Shown: positions 50,646 to 60,675 of the stretch, piece by piece
Numbering within the stretch: position 1 is the stretch's first letter
How the letters are laid out: each line of letters starts with the position of its first letter
Assembly (NCBI GenBank): GCA_016699325.1
Contig: CP064971.1
Location: 1,819,636-1,883,635 of the forward strand
DNA length: 64,000 nt
Origin: Methanolinea sp.
Lineage (GTDB): Archaea; Halobacteriota; Methanomicrobia; Methanomicrobiales; Methanospirillaceae
Reading direction: 5' to 3'
Notes under the pieces: model-generated
Told to the model about the DNA's origin: nothing
The model's input: only the letters and a program-made list of their open reading frames with translations
The model's database searches: none
Made by a program: the position numbers and the translations under genes

Positions 50646-51809
50646 ATGGCATTTGACGAGGGGGACCCAGCCGAATGGAAACGTCGTGGCGACAGCTACG
50701 TAAAGGCCGGAAAATACGAAGAAGCAATTCAATGTTACCAGTATGCAACCTACCTTGACCCCAGGAATGCTTCGGCCTGGAACAACCTGGGATATGTCTA
50801 TTCAAAGCTGGGACGAACAGACGAGGCAAGGAGAGTACGGGAGAAAATAAACGAGATTAAAAGGCAGGAAATAACGGGAACATCCGGAATCCCGGCACAT
50901 CGGGAAAACGACGCAATATCTTTTAAATCAGACGTCTATTTCGCCTCTCCATGGGACAGGTGGTTTGCGTATATTATTGACACGATCCTGGTGGTTGTCG
51001 TTTTCTTTTTTTTGGTCCTCCTCCTCCAGGCCATCTATCCTCATAACCAGGACTCTTTCATAATTATCCTCCCTGTTGCCATGGTTACATACTGGCTGTA
51101 TTTTGCAGTTCTCGAAGCTGGAGAGAACCAGGCCACCCTGGGCAAACGGGCACTCAGGATATTTGTTACCGATGACCAGGGGAGGAGAATTACCTTTGCC
51201 CGATCTCTTGGGCGGAGTCTCTTGAAGATTGTCGATACCATTACACCCTTCAGTTTACTGACCCTCCTGAACGGGATAGCAATCAACTATACTGCAAAAA
51301 GCAAGGGCCTTCATGACTATATTGCAGGCACACTTGTGCTCACTGAAAAAGAGACCAGTAAAAAGGCTTTTTCCGGGGATACGGGCAACAGGTCGATGAG
51401 TATATGGTTTATTATCATTCTGGTCATTGTTGCCGTAATCGGCCTGATCATCATAAGTGCCGTCCTTGCAGCATTTGTCTTTGGGATGGCCGGATCGACA
51501 TCTTCCTCGGCTATCTCTCCTGAAGCAATTAAATATGTTCCCACCGGGATAAAATGCGGGGAAGGGTATTGCGGAGCCGGGAGCATTTGCTGTAATGGAC
51601 ACTGCTATGAAGAACCTGGCCCTGATTATCAAATCGATTATCAAACGTGCATGATTTATCCAAAAGGGACTGTATTGTGCGGGGAAGAGTATTGCAGAGG
51701 AGAGTGCTGCAACGGGAAATGTTACGAACCCTGTCCACCCAATTATTTCCGTGCAAATGACTGCAATTGCTACGAACAAGGCGGACTGATGTGGGAAGGC
51801 CCAAAATAG
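50646..51809 (+). CDS. TPR-repeat / RDD-family membrane protein with Cys-rich C-terminal tail
   Basis: TPR-like N-terminus (GKYEEAIQCYQYATYLDPRNASAWNNLGYVY), an RDD-type membrane domain (PWDRWFAYIIDTILVV..., ATLGKRALRIFV), then a CxxC-rich tail. Confidence 0.8.
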   Translation: MAFDEGDPAEWKRRGDSYVKAGKYEEAIQCYQYATYLDPRNASAWNNLGYVYSKLGRTDEARRVREKINEIKRQEITGTSGIPAHRENDAISFKSDVYFASPWDRWFAYIIDTILVVVVFFFLVLLLQAIYPHNQDSFIIILPVAMVTYWLYFAVLEAGENQATLGKRALRIFVTDDQGRRITFARSLGRSLLKIVDTITPFSLLTLLNGIAINYTAKSKGLHDYIAGTLVLTEKETSKKAFSGDTGNRSMSIWFIIILVIVAVIGLIIISAVLAAFVFGMAGSTSSSAISPEAIKYVPTGIKCGEGYCGAGSICCNGHCYEEPGPDYQIDYQTCMIYPKGTVLCGEEYCRGECCNGKCYEPCPPNYFRANDCNCYEQGGLMWEGPK

Positions 51810-52092
51810 AGAGGTTCCATAACATATCTTGAAATTCCTTCCCCTCCAGGGGACATTTTGACGGACCCGGGGGAAGTTTCAAGGAACCTGTCCCTTCTTT
51901 TCCAGGAATCTTTCCCCCCGCAACAAAGAGGCCTGTCAGAAAGCCAGCCTGAACATAATTTTTACCCGGGCTCGTGGTTTCCCGGGGATCTGGTAGAAAG
52001 GCCGATTTCCGGAGGGTCTCTTTCATGGTGAGCTGGTAAGGGAGCTATAACTAAATACGTGGAATGAGGAAGTGATAACTGGTGAAACAAGG

Positions 52093-52413
52093 ATGAAGGA
52101 AGAAGTCTTCTTCGGCGAAAGCATGCCAAAGGTAAGAAAAGATTACCCGGACATTTACGATGCGATCGTGCATTTGAACGAGGCTACGTATACCGGGAAA
52201 GTCCTTGACTACAAGACCCAGAAACTGATTGCCGTGGGAATCAACGCAGCTGTCTCTGATGAGAAGGCGACCAAAAAACAGATGATGAGCGCGATGAAGG
52301 AGTTAAATGTCACAAAAGAAGAGATCGTGGACGTTCTGAGAATGGTCCTCCTGACAGCGGGGATGCCACCCTTTGTCAAGGGTATGAGAATTCTCTATGA
52401 ATTGAAAGACTAG
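52093..52413 (+). CDS. Carboxymuconolactone decarboxylase (AhpD-like) family protein
   Basis: YPDIYDAIVHLNEATYTGKVLDYKTQKLIAVGINAAVSDE is typical of the CMD family. The ATG is at 52093. Confidence 0.75.
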   Translation: MKEEVFFGESMPKVRKDYPDIYDAIVHLNEATYTGKVLDYKTQKLIAVGINAAVSDEKATKKQMMSAMKELNVTKEEIVDVLRMVLLTAGMPPFVKGMRILYELKD

Positions 52414-52426
52414 GGTGTGCAGGGTT

Positions 52427-52672
52427 TCAGGGGTCTCTCTCTGTCTTTTTTTTATTCCCATTGCGATAGGTTCGCCTTGATCCTGTTCTCTCGTACCTCC
52501 CGGCCCCGGTCAGCTCATCTGCTTCTCTCTGCATCACCTCGTTCAGAAACCAGGTGATAACATTCCTCATTCCTTCTTCGTTATCGGTAAGGTAATTTAC
52601 TACGAGATCTTTACTATTCATTGCCCTGTATTCCTCCATTGTCAATTTAGAGTGGATACAGGGAATCTTCAA
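52427..52672 (-). pseudogene. N-terminal fragment of an IS256-family (mutator-type) transposase
   Basis: ITWFLNEVMQREADELTGAGRYERTGSRRTYRNG matches the conserved IS256 transposase N-terminal block. Only ~80 codons remain. Confidence 0.65.
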
Positions 52673-52835
52673 TTTTACAGCTTTATATGCACACTACCGG
52701 AGAAACCGAGAGTTCTGTGAAGGTTATAATTCCTAAATCATGCGGAGTTCAGGCTCAATACCGACCGGGTACCATGAGATTGAGTATGGGTTGGTGAAGG
52801 GAGGTGGGAAGGGTTAAATTCCTCTCAAATTGGAT

Positions 52836-53489
52836 TTATATTTTTTTCTGGAATGCCGATTTACAGAATGATGAGATTGGGCACTTTTCACACAACGGTT
52901 CACGCGAAAGACAAATTTTTGATCCGAGGTCGAGTAATGCAAAGTTAAAATCTGCCGGGTTTTCTCTGTCAAGCAGCTCTTCCATTTTCAGGAGGAATTG
53001 TTTCTGTCTTCTTGAACCATCGTTCACCTTAGTTCCAAAAATTCGTCCGGTAATTCTGACTGTATTGGTATCAACCAGAATCTCCGGATGATTCCATGCG
53101 AAACATCGAATGGCAGATGCAATGTAATTCCCAACTCCTGGCAGGGAGAGAAGATCTTGTTTATCTTCAGGAATCCTCCCATTGAAATCCGATTCGATAT
53201 CCTGAGCCATTCGATAGATTAAATCGATTCTCCAGAATAGACCAGCAGATGCAAGTAATTCTTTAATTTCGTCGATATCTGCCTCAACAATAGCTCGAAT
53301 CGTTGGAAAACGTAAGGTAAATTTTTGATAGAGGGGAACAACCTGATCTGCTCTGGTTCTGTGAAGTAAAATTTCTGCAATCAGAATTTTATAGGGATCC
53401 TTCGTTTCTCGCCAGGGATAGTATCGAAAATTATCCTTCCCCCACTGTAGCAATAGTGAGTGTATTTTAGCGAGGCTCTCTCGTTTCAT
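52836..53489 (-). CDS. HhH-GPD base-excision glycosylase with 4Fe-4S loop (MutY/Mig-like, probable T/U:G mismatch glycosylase)
   Basis: YPWRETKDPYKILIAEILLHRT, helix-hairpin-helix LLSLPGVGNYIASAI, catalytic LVDTN, and Cx6Cx2Cx5C (CLSREPLCEKCPISSFC). Confidence 0.85.
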   Translation of the reverse strand: MKRESLAKIHSLLLQWGKDNFRYYPWRETKDPYKILIAEILLHRTRADQVVPLYQKFTLRFPTIRAIVEADIDEIKELLASAGLFWRIDLIYRMAQDIESDFNGRIPEDKQDLLSLPGVGNYIASAIRCFAWNHPEILVDTNTVRITGRIFGTKVNDGSRRQKQFLLKMEELLDRENPADFNFALLDLGSKICLSREPLCEKCPISSFCKSAFQKKI

Positions 53490-53512
53490 ATTTAAGCCGT
53501 TCCCTGATTATT

Positions 53513-54454
53513 TTAATAACAACGGTTTTCAATGATATATTTTAGCGTGGTGGCCATCCTCATTGCCACTACAGGACTGACTGAATCAGCTGCCATCTGA
53601 TATTTCATTCCCATTGCCATGGTGGGGGGGAACAGGTAGGTATCCGGAAATCCCATAATTTCAAGCACTTCTCGAACAGAGAGCACTCTTATGGGAAAAT
53701 TATTTTCCCCAGCATTTGGATGAAGGATGTACGTTTTCATCACATTGCCAAAAGAAGGCGCACATTCATCGTATTTCAATCTGTGCCAGCCATATTTACC
53801 GGTCTTATAGTTTTCGTGATATTTCTCAATTGTTTTCAAATGGGGCCACTCATGATCGGGGAAATCATGCATGGCCATTTTTTCGTATTTCTTAATTGCC
53901 TGCTCTATGCTGAGGGATTGTGACCTTAGAACTTTTAATTTCTCAAAAAAATCATCTGCATCGTTACCGAATTCTCTAAAGCCTGCAGTGAATAAGCGTT
54001 TTCTCTGACTGGCAATTCCAAAATGGCTATAATTAATTCTATGGAAGGATACACTGTATCCCTCTTTTGCAGTTCTCTCGATGAGTCCCTGATAATTGGG
54101 ATCTCCTGAAAGCGGGGGAACGTTTTCCAGAAGAAAAGCCCGTGGTCTGATTTCGTAGATATGATGGAAAAAACGGACCAACAAATTATAATCCGGATGG
54201 TTAATTCCTCTCTTTTTGATATTGATTGACGACCAGGGCCGGCAGGGAGGCCCGCCAATGATGATATCAAAATCGCCTGTTATCTCATCCTCTGCAAGAT
54301 TTTTCTTGAAAAAATTTCCAATTTTATTCAATGAGAAAATTTCACCCGACCTGGGATTGATATCTACACCGGTGACTGAAAACCCTTCATTTCTGAATCC
54401 GAGTGAGAATCCCCCGGCGCCACAGAACAGATCAAGAACTTTTAATTGTGCCAT
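53513..54454 (-). CDS. dcm: DNA (cytosine-5)-methyltransferase
   Basis: Motif I DLFCGAGGFSLGF, motif IV GGPPCRPWS, motif VI LLENV, motif VIII QRKRLF. Confidence 0.92.
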   Translation of the reverse strand: MAQLKVLDLFCGAGGFSLGFRNEGFSVTGVDINPRSGEIFSLNKIGNFFKKNLAEDEITGDFDIIIGGPPCRPWSSINIKKRGINHPDYNLLVRFFHHIYEIRPRAFLLENVPPLSGDPNYQGLIERTAKEGYSVSFHRINYSHFGIASQRKRLFTAGFREFGNDADDFFEKLKVLRSQSLSIEQAIKKYEKMAMHDFPDHEWPHLKTIEKYHENYKTGKYGWHRLKYDECAPSFGNVMKTYILHPNAGENNFPIRVLSVREVLEIMGFPDTYLFPPTMAMGMKYQMAADSVSPVVAMRMATTLKYIIENRCY

Positions 54455-54468
54455 TGTCGTGATTTTCT

Positions 54469-56142
54469 TTAATAAAGATTCTGAAGTGCAGGAACATTTC
54501 CCACAATCACCAGATATGCCCGTGCCCTTGATGTGGCAACGTAAATGAGTTCCCGATCGCCTGTCATATCAGGCGTTGCAGCAATAATTACAACACGTCG
54601 CTCAAGACCTTTAAATCTTCTAATCGTATCGAGAATGAGAAAGTCAAGGTCTATTGCTTCGGCATTTCGGCATTCAACCCCATCCAATCGTGCATCTGGT
54701 GCGAATTCAGCTATTTTCTGTGCAGATGTTACAAGGACCGCAATATCTGATGGCCTGATGCGTTCTTCTGTTAACAGGTGATGTACTCTCTGATTAATGA
54801 TTGATTGAATTTCTGATGCCGAAGAAGCATGGATCCACTCTACCTCAACCCCTTCGGGTCCAATGGGCTCAATAGCAGATCCATTGTAATATTTTTGAAC
54901 TACATTGTGAATGCGACGGGTATTACGCATATTGAGTGATAATCTGAAAGGAGGCTGATTGATTTCAAGGGGCAGAACTGGAACAGTACCATAAACACTC
55001 TGGTTGCTGTCAAAAAAGATACGAAGGAATCCATCGGGATGCAGAGCTTTGTCGAGAGTTGATAACCATTCCGGGGAAAAATCCTGCCCCTCATCGACAA
55101 TTATTACATTGAATCGGTGGTTGTGAAGTATCTGAAGAGCTTTCCCCAGAATGTCAGAATATTTCCGCGCAGATAACTTTTTCTCAGAGATACCCCCCGG
55201 TAATTGAATCCCAGCTTTGTTAGCCATCTGATAACACAGTTCGTGGAATGTGACCACTCTGATATTTTTCCAGGATTCGAGACGATGATGTATATATTCG
55301 GCAAGAGGGTGATTAAAACAGAGAAATAAAATCTTTTCACCAGAACCTGCACGACGAACAGCCTCTTCCATGGCAAGTACTGTTTTTCCAGTCCCCGCTC
55401 CTCCAGAGATTGCTGCACGATGTATATCCTGGATAAATGTGAGTGTATGGAACTGCTGATATGTCAGGGTCTCAATTTGAGCATCATCCGATGCCAGTAT
55501 GTTCCCCAATGGAACATGCAGCTGGAATGGATGTGCCAGTACAGCCTCGAGGGCTCTGATCCCATCCTCCCCAAGAGGTTTTTCCTTCTGGGACAAACCA
55601 TCGATTTCGCCATATCGGTTCATCACCCATTGTCGTAAATCGGTTTCGAACTCATCCAGACAACAGAAGATAGAGCGAGGACTGTCAGGACCCAGATCTT
55701 CTCCGGGACATTCAGAATCTGGAAGAATAACTCCGTGTCTTGCTCTTATTCGTCGTGATTTCCACTTACCCGAGTCTTTCAGTTTTTTCAGGAGATGGTG
55801 TTTGCTTGTCCTCGCCTGACCAACAGGATTCTTAATCTCGTGACGCACGCCCCATCGATCCCGGCTTTTCCATTTATCCAATTTCGGATCATAACTGACT
55901 TCTCCACCCTTTACTTCAATCGCAAGAATACCCAGATTGGGGTGGGCAATCAGGAAATCGCATTCACCATCTTTTTCTTCACCAAAAGGTGTGAGACCCA
56001 GCCACGGACGTGAATAGAAAACGACAAATGAATCCTCAAGCACATCTCGAAGACGATTATAAACCCGACATTCGGCTGACCTGAGGATATTTGAGACAAT
56101 TTCAGCGGGAATCTCGCGGGGCCACATTACCGCCATCATCAA
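54469..56142 (-). CDS. NERD (PD-(D/E)xK nuclease-related) domain fused to SF1 UvrD/AAA_19-type helicase
   Basis: NERD core GECDFLIAHPNLGILAIEVKGG, Walker A GGAGTGKT, Walker B IIVDEGQDF, and C-terminal RFKGLERRVVII and YVATSRARAYLVIV. Confidence 0.85.
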   Translation of the reverse strand: MMMAVMWPREIPAEIVSNILRSAECRVYNRLRDVLEDSFVVFYSRPWLGLTPFGEEKDGECDFLIAHPNLGILAIEVKGGEVSYDPKLDKWKSRDRWGVRHEIKNPVGQARTSKHHLLKKLKDSGKWKSRRIRARHGVILPDSECPGEDLGPDSPRSIFCCLDEFETDLRQWVMNRYGEIDGLSQKEKPLGEDGIRALEAVLAHPFQLHVPLGNILASDDAQIETLTYQQFHTLTFIQDIHRAAISGGAGTGKTVLAMEEAVRRAGSGEKILFLCFNHPLAEYIHHRLESWKNIRVVTFHELCYQMANKAGIQLPGGISEKKLSARKYSDILGKALQILHNHRFNVIIVDEGQDFSPEWLSTLDKALHPDGFLRIFFDSNQSVYGTVPVLPLEINQPPFRLSLNMRNTRRIHNVVQKYYNGSAIEPIGPEGVEVEWIHASSASEIQSIINQRVHHLLTEERIRPSDIAVLVTSAQKIAEFAPDARLDGVECRNAEAIDLDFLILDTIRRFKGLERRVVIIAATPDMTGDRELIYVATSRARAYLVIVGNVPALQNLY

Positions 56143-57274
56143 CCTCTCTCAGCAAATCTGAAAAATATCCCATCCCTCTATCGTCAGGAAGCCCTACCAG
56201 CATTGCCCGATCAAGAAACCGGTTATACTGTTCGCATGACGTTTCAGGCGCCAGACAGCAGGCATGGCATGCAGACCCGGAATAGTGTTCTGGTGGGGCA
56301 ATCACCTGTTCGATACAGAGCGGATCCGAAGAGCACCACTCCATGTCCCGTATAGCAGCTCTTACCGTTGGTGAGATTCTGGCAGCTTCACCCTGACGTT
56401 GAAGACCCCCAAGCGTACCATCAGAATCAGAGGTGGCTGTATATATGAGAACTCCTGCCATATCACCGGAATCATCACTGACATATATCCTCTCTCTGAG
56501 CGATGCGCTTGAGTATCCGCATTCGAGAGTAAGCTGTCGCATAAGTGCATGAGCCCACGTGTGAACAAGGAAGTAACGTGGCGTAAGAAGAGGTGTGGAT
56601 CTGCCCTCAAAGCGTTTGTTCCATTCACGCTGCCAGCGCTCCTGGATTGCCTCTGCACGCAGTCTTATCCTTTCCTGCTGCTCCCAGCATCGGAGAGTGG
56701 TCGGGTTAAACTCCATAAAAATACCCTCTCCACGGACTTCAATTGCAGGTAACCATCGAGTTGCGTTCAATGATAGAGGAACAATGTTTCTATCGTTTTC
56801 ATCTCCACATGGATTTATTCTGGTAAATCCTCTAAGGGTAATAACCTCGTGCAGGCGCACCACTCTGACAATTTTTCTGAAATAAGGTCTTATTTCATCG
56901 GGAACTTCAACATTCCTTATCTCAAAATCGCCATCATCGTCCTGGCCGATATCAAAACCTGCAATAAGGTGCTTGTATTCCTCATACTTGAGGTTCAGCA
57001 TTTCATCTCGATGAAAATCTTCAAGTCGCTCTTCAATCATTCTAGTAAGGGATTCAGGAGTGAGGTTGAGATTCTTCAGGGTCTCTTTCAGACTTCCCCT
57101 GGCCAGAATTCGGATATATTCTGCTCTGTCGTCCGGATCTGTTTTTACCAGTTCATCCCAGTAAACTCCCAGCTCTTTCTCTGATAGTACGACTGCGCTT
57201 GCAGGCACGGCAAAGGCAAGTGCCAGCATCACGAGTGCTACTACCATTATTCCGAACTTCTTTCCTATTTTCAT
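56102..57274 (-). CDS. DUF1998 (MrfA/DrmB-type Zn-binding domain) protein with a signal-peptide-like N-terminus
   Basis: C-terminal half: HTWAHALMRQLTLECGYSSASLRERIY...GVLIYTATSDSDGTLGGL...CHACCLAPETSCEQYNRFLDR. N-terminus: MKIGKKFGIMVVALVMLALAFAVPASA. The stop overlaps the helicase start. Confidence 0.7.
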   Translation of the reverse strand: MKIGKKFGIMVVALVMLALAFAVPASAVVLSEKELGVYWDELVKTDPDDRAEYIRILARGSLKETLKNLNLTPESLTRMIEERLEDFHRDEMLNLKYEEYKHLIAGFDIGQDDDGDFEIRNVEVPDEIRPYFRKIVRVVRLHEVITLRGFTRINPCGDENDRNIVPLSLNATRWLPAIEVRGEGIFMEFNPTTLRCWEQQERIRLRAEAIQERWQREWNKRFEGRSTPLLTPRYFLVHTWAHALMRQLTLECGYSSASLRERIYVSDDSGDMAGVLIYTATSDSDGTLGGLQRQGEAARISPTVRAAIRDMEWCSSDPLCIEQVIAPPEHYSGSACHACCLAPETSCEQYNRFLDRAMLVGLPDDRGMGYFSDLLREVDDGGNVAPRDSR

Positions 57275-57459
57275 GTTTCTTTCCTCCAATTCGCTTGGAT
57301 TCCAGAAGGCATGACAAAAAAGCTTTTAATGTTTTAAGCCAATGTTTATCACGCCTACGGGCTGCAAAGGGGTTCAACATCATTCCAACGAGGTTAGAAC
57401 CCCTCGCAACAAATCTGCAATTCTCAGCAGAGCAGAAAAAACTTCTGAGGTCACGAATT
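57275..57459 (-). promoter_or_regulatory. Conserved ~185-nt structured 5' leader, copy B (TATA-like TTATTTTTAC at ~57460-57470)
   Basis: Homologous to 25732..25914, including the identical CUUCUGGAAUCCAAG.GAAUUGGAGGAAAGAAACAUGAAA at the 3' end. Confidence 0.6.
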
Positions 57460-57779
57460 GTAAAAATAACCCCTTAAATTAGATAGTATCACTTAGTGAT
57501 TAAATTAATATTAATCAAAGAAATTAATTGCTTTTTATGAGTATTTTACTGTGCGATTATCAGGATGAGTGAGGCACCAAAGTTGTATTGATGAGCCTCA
57601 TTTCAGGACAAATTAGGTAGTCCGAAAATAGTATGTTTCATCCGGGAGGGTTAAGAGACGGCCAGAACGGCGATGAAGCGGTGATACTGGTCTCATCTTG
57701 CCGACCCTGGGAACCTGTGGCGCAAAGGGGGCAGGAGCCAAAAACCAAAATAAAAGGTTATTATTGTGGGTGAAGAAAT

Positions 57780-58124
57780 TTACCCCGATTTTGATGTTGT
57801 ATCAGCAAAACAAATATCATAAAGGAATGGAGAGGCGGGATCCGTCTTGTACCATGGGCCACGTTCTTCCCAGATTTTCTGCAGTAGTGTTGATTTATCC
57901 CATATGCTCGGTGCCATATCCTGTCCCTGAGACGGTCCAGGAGTTGGTAAAGGCGGTTGGGCGGGCATAATTGGCAACCCTGACGGTAGTTGAGAAGGCG
58001 CAGTGGTCGGAATGGATTGGCTCTTGTAGGCTGAAATCAGATCAGCTTTACTAATTCCGGCGACGGGTGACCAGACAATAATCAGGATAACAACTAAGCA
58101 TATAATAACGGGCCACATTTTCAT
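57780..58124 (-). CDS. Small secreted or membrane-anchored Pro-rich protein
   Basis: N-terminal TM MKMWPVIICLVVILIIVWSPVAG, then a P/Q/S-rich segment. I recognise no family. Confidence 0.5.
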   Translation of the reverse strand: MKMWPVIICLVVILIIVWSPVAGISKADLISAYKSQSIPTTAPSQLPSGLPIMPAQPPLPTPGPSQGQDMAPSIWDKSTLLQKIWEERGPWYKTDPASPFLYDICFADTTSKSG

Positions 58125-58410
58125 AGCGATTCACGTGAGTAGATAATTTAAACATCTATATAAATTTATATGATGAAATAAGTTGGGAAAAGATTCAAGA
58201 ACTTGTTGCGTGTATATAAGAACAAATATACATAATGTTGTATTAAAAATCTGTCATAACCTGGTGATCAATTGATTAAAGGATTCTAACCACGAGTGAA
58301 AAGTGCTGCTATGGGGATTTAATCAGCGTTTCATATTTTGATAATTATAACAGTCAACAGTGTGTTGTTTTTAAAAAAAGGAACACCCCGTTAAAAAACA
58401 GGGAGAGCCC

Positions 58411-60474
58411 CTACCCCCTCACCACCGGATACAACACCTCCCCGGGAGGAAGCGGGATCGTTGCAATCGTCGTGTTGATATCCCCAAGCGAGTTCGCCTT
58501 GATCTGCTTTGCCGACATCGTGTACAGGACATCACCGATGTACAGCGATCGCTTGACCTCGGAGGCCGAGCTGCCGTAGTAGTAATACCCGGAATCCCCG
58601 GCCCCATGCTGGACGGTGCCACGGAGGCTAAACCCGGTCTGCGGGGACAGCCCGAACACGTATGCCCCGTACCAGACCTGCGGACGGGAGGAGTAATAGT
58701 CCTCCCTGACGACCGGCTCGGCGGTAACAGCCCGTACCGGGATCACCAGGAGGTTCTTTGGCCGGTCAAAGAGGAAGGCGTGGTGGTCTGCCAGCGCCGC
58801 CGAGTCGGAACCGGCATCCCCGATCTGCACCTTGGAAACGAGGGCCGGGTTTGCGACATCCGAGACATCGAAGAGGGCGAGCTTGACCCCGCTCGTGGAG
58901 ACCCCGCCCCATTCACTGGTCGCCGTCTCCTTGCCGATGCCGATGATGTGCGTTGCATCGTAGGGGTGGAGGTAATCAGAGTAGCCGGGGATCTTCAGCT
59001 TGCCGAGGATCTTCGGGTCATGGGGCGAGGATAGATCGATCACGAAGAAGGGATCGATCCGCCTGAAGGTCACCATGTAGAGCCGGTCGCCGATGAACCG
59101 GGTGGCATAGATGGATTCCTGTTCGGCAATATGGGTCAGTCCGCCAACGATCGCCATCTCCGGGGACAGGACATAGACATTGTTGTAGGTGTACTGCCCG
59201 TACCGCGGAGTGTAAACGGTTGAGGTTGTCGCCACCCGGAGGTTTCCCTTGTATTCATCCATCGAGAACTGGTTGTGCAGGGTGCCGGGCACCTCCCCCC
59301 TGGCCAGGTAGGTGATGGCGCCGTTCCGGATACCGATCTTGTGGATGACGGTGGTGGTCTGGTCTGCCTCATGCCGGCGGACCACGTCCTCTTCGGCGGT
59401 CCGGAGCCCCTCGATGATGGACTGCCGTTCGCTCTCGCTGAGAGTGTTGAAATCGGCCGGGATACCGGGCAGGCTTGCAGCAGAACTGCCGGCATCGTTG
59501 ATCATAGGGACAGGCGGCTCGCGGTAGATCACCGGGAAGTGGCGCGGATAGCCCACGTACATCGCATCCCCGGAGACGTAGAGCGTATTCCCGGTGCCGA
59601 GCAGGTAGGTCTGGGCATCCTTCTCCTTCCCGCTCGTGGCATCAAGGACGGTGATGGTGGTGAACGTGTACCATGACTCGGGATGGTCGAAATACCAGAC
59701 ATCCGGCTGGATTACGGTCCGTGACCCCTCGCGGAGAACAGGGACGACGATCGGGCCATCACGGTAATACGGGTTAACCTGCTCCTGGGTGACCAGGTAG
59801 ACGAGCGAGCCGACCATCCGGGCATCGAAATAATCGCCGTCGATCGAGTAGTCTTTCACCACCCGGGGTCTGGCCCGGTCGCTGATATCATAGATGGTCG
59901 CGTGCGTGACCGGTGAGTGCGGACGGTAGTATGGCGGCACTATCCCCGGTTCTGCCAGGGATATGGTGACATCCGGCGTCCCGGTGCTGAAGAGGACCAG
60001 GCGGTCACCCCGGACAAAGATGTCCCGGGGTGTGTCGGCAATCCCGGTGGTGGACACCACCGAGGCGCCCGCTGCAGGGTAGGCGTCGATGATCAACAGG
60101 TTTGAGCCGGAGATGGTGTAGATATACCGGTTGTCGTTCTTGATGATATCCGGCTCATCGACACCGGCAACCTGGACATTGGTCTGCGAGTACGGGACCC
60201 CGCCTGGGCCGCCACCATCCCCCCGTACAGAGGGGGCAGGGATACCGGAGGCCTGTTCGCTGGCCCACGCATTGGTGCTGAATGTTGGCACCAGGGTCCG
60301 GTGGGGAACTGCCTGCACCGACTCCCTGAGGTACTGCTCGATCTCGGCGGTTGAATTGAACTTCTTCAGTCCTGATGATGCGGGAGGTGTGGTTGCCGGG
60401 ACGCTCATGCATCCCGCCGCAAGAACTGCGATGAGGATGAGGAAGCAACCGAGGATGAAACGATTGCGTGACAT
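58411..60474 (-). CDS. Secreted beta-propeller domain protein (COG4880 / Beta_propel family)
   Basis: Signal anchor plus lipobox-like AAGC. NRYIYTISGSNLLIIDAYP, DRLYMVTFRRIDPFFVIDLS and YLHPYD are characteristic of this archaeal/bacterial family. The likely start is at 60474. Confidence 0.8.
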   Translation of the reverse strand: MSRNRFILGCFLILIAVLAAGCMSVPATTPPASSGLKKFNSTAEIEQYLRESVQAVPHRTLVPTFSTNAWASEQASGIPAPSVRGDGGGPGGVPYSQTNVQVAGVDEPDIIKNDNRYIYTISGSNLLIIDAYPAAGASVVSTTGIADTPRDIFVRGDRLVLFSTGTPDVTISLAEPGIVPPYYRPHSPVTHATIYDISDRARPRVVKDYSIDGDYFDARMVGSLVYLVTQEQVNPYYRDGPIVVPVLREGSRTVIQPDVWYFDHPESWYTFTTITVLDATSGKEKDAQTYLLGTGNTLYVSGDAMYVGYPRHFPVIYREPPVPMINDAGSSAASLPGIPADFNTLSESERQSIIEGLRTAEEDVVRRHEADQTTTVIHKIGIRNGAITYLARGEVPGTLHNQFSMDEYKGNLRVATTSTVYTPRYGQYTYNNVYVLSPEMAIVGGLTHIAEQESIYATRFIGDRLYMVTFRRIDPFFVIDLSSPHDPKILGKLKIPGYSDYLHPYDATHIIGIGKETATSEWGGVSTSGVKLALFDVSDVANPALVSKVQIGDAGSDSAALADHHAFLFDRPKNLLVIPVRAVTAEPVVREDYYSSRPQVWYGAYVFGLSPQTGFSLRGTVQHGAGDSGYYYYGSSASEVKRSLYIGDVLYTMSAKQIKANSLGDINTTIATIPLPPGEVLYPVVRG

Positions 60475-60675
60475 ACGCGTAGGTAGGGAGGGGGATATCA
60501 TCAAGCTGGTGTAAACTGCGAAAATTCCCAAAGCCATGGAGAAAGAGATCGATTCCCTGGTTCCGGGCAGGTGCCGGTGACAGTGTATCCAGCCTACTGG
60601 AGAGTGGAAAGAATATGGGCATTTAATACATACCGGTGTAAAAGATCGTTAGATGGAAAAGGGAGATCCCTCACC

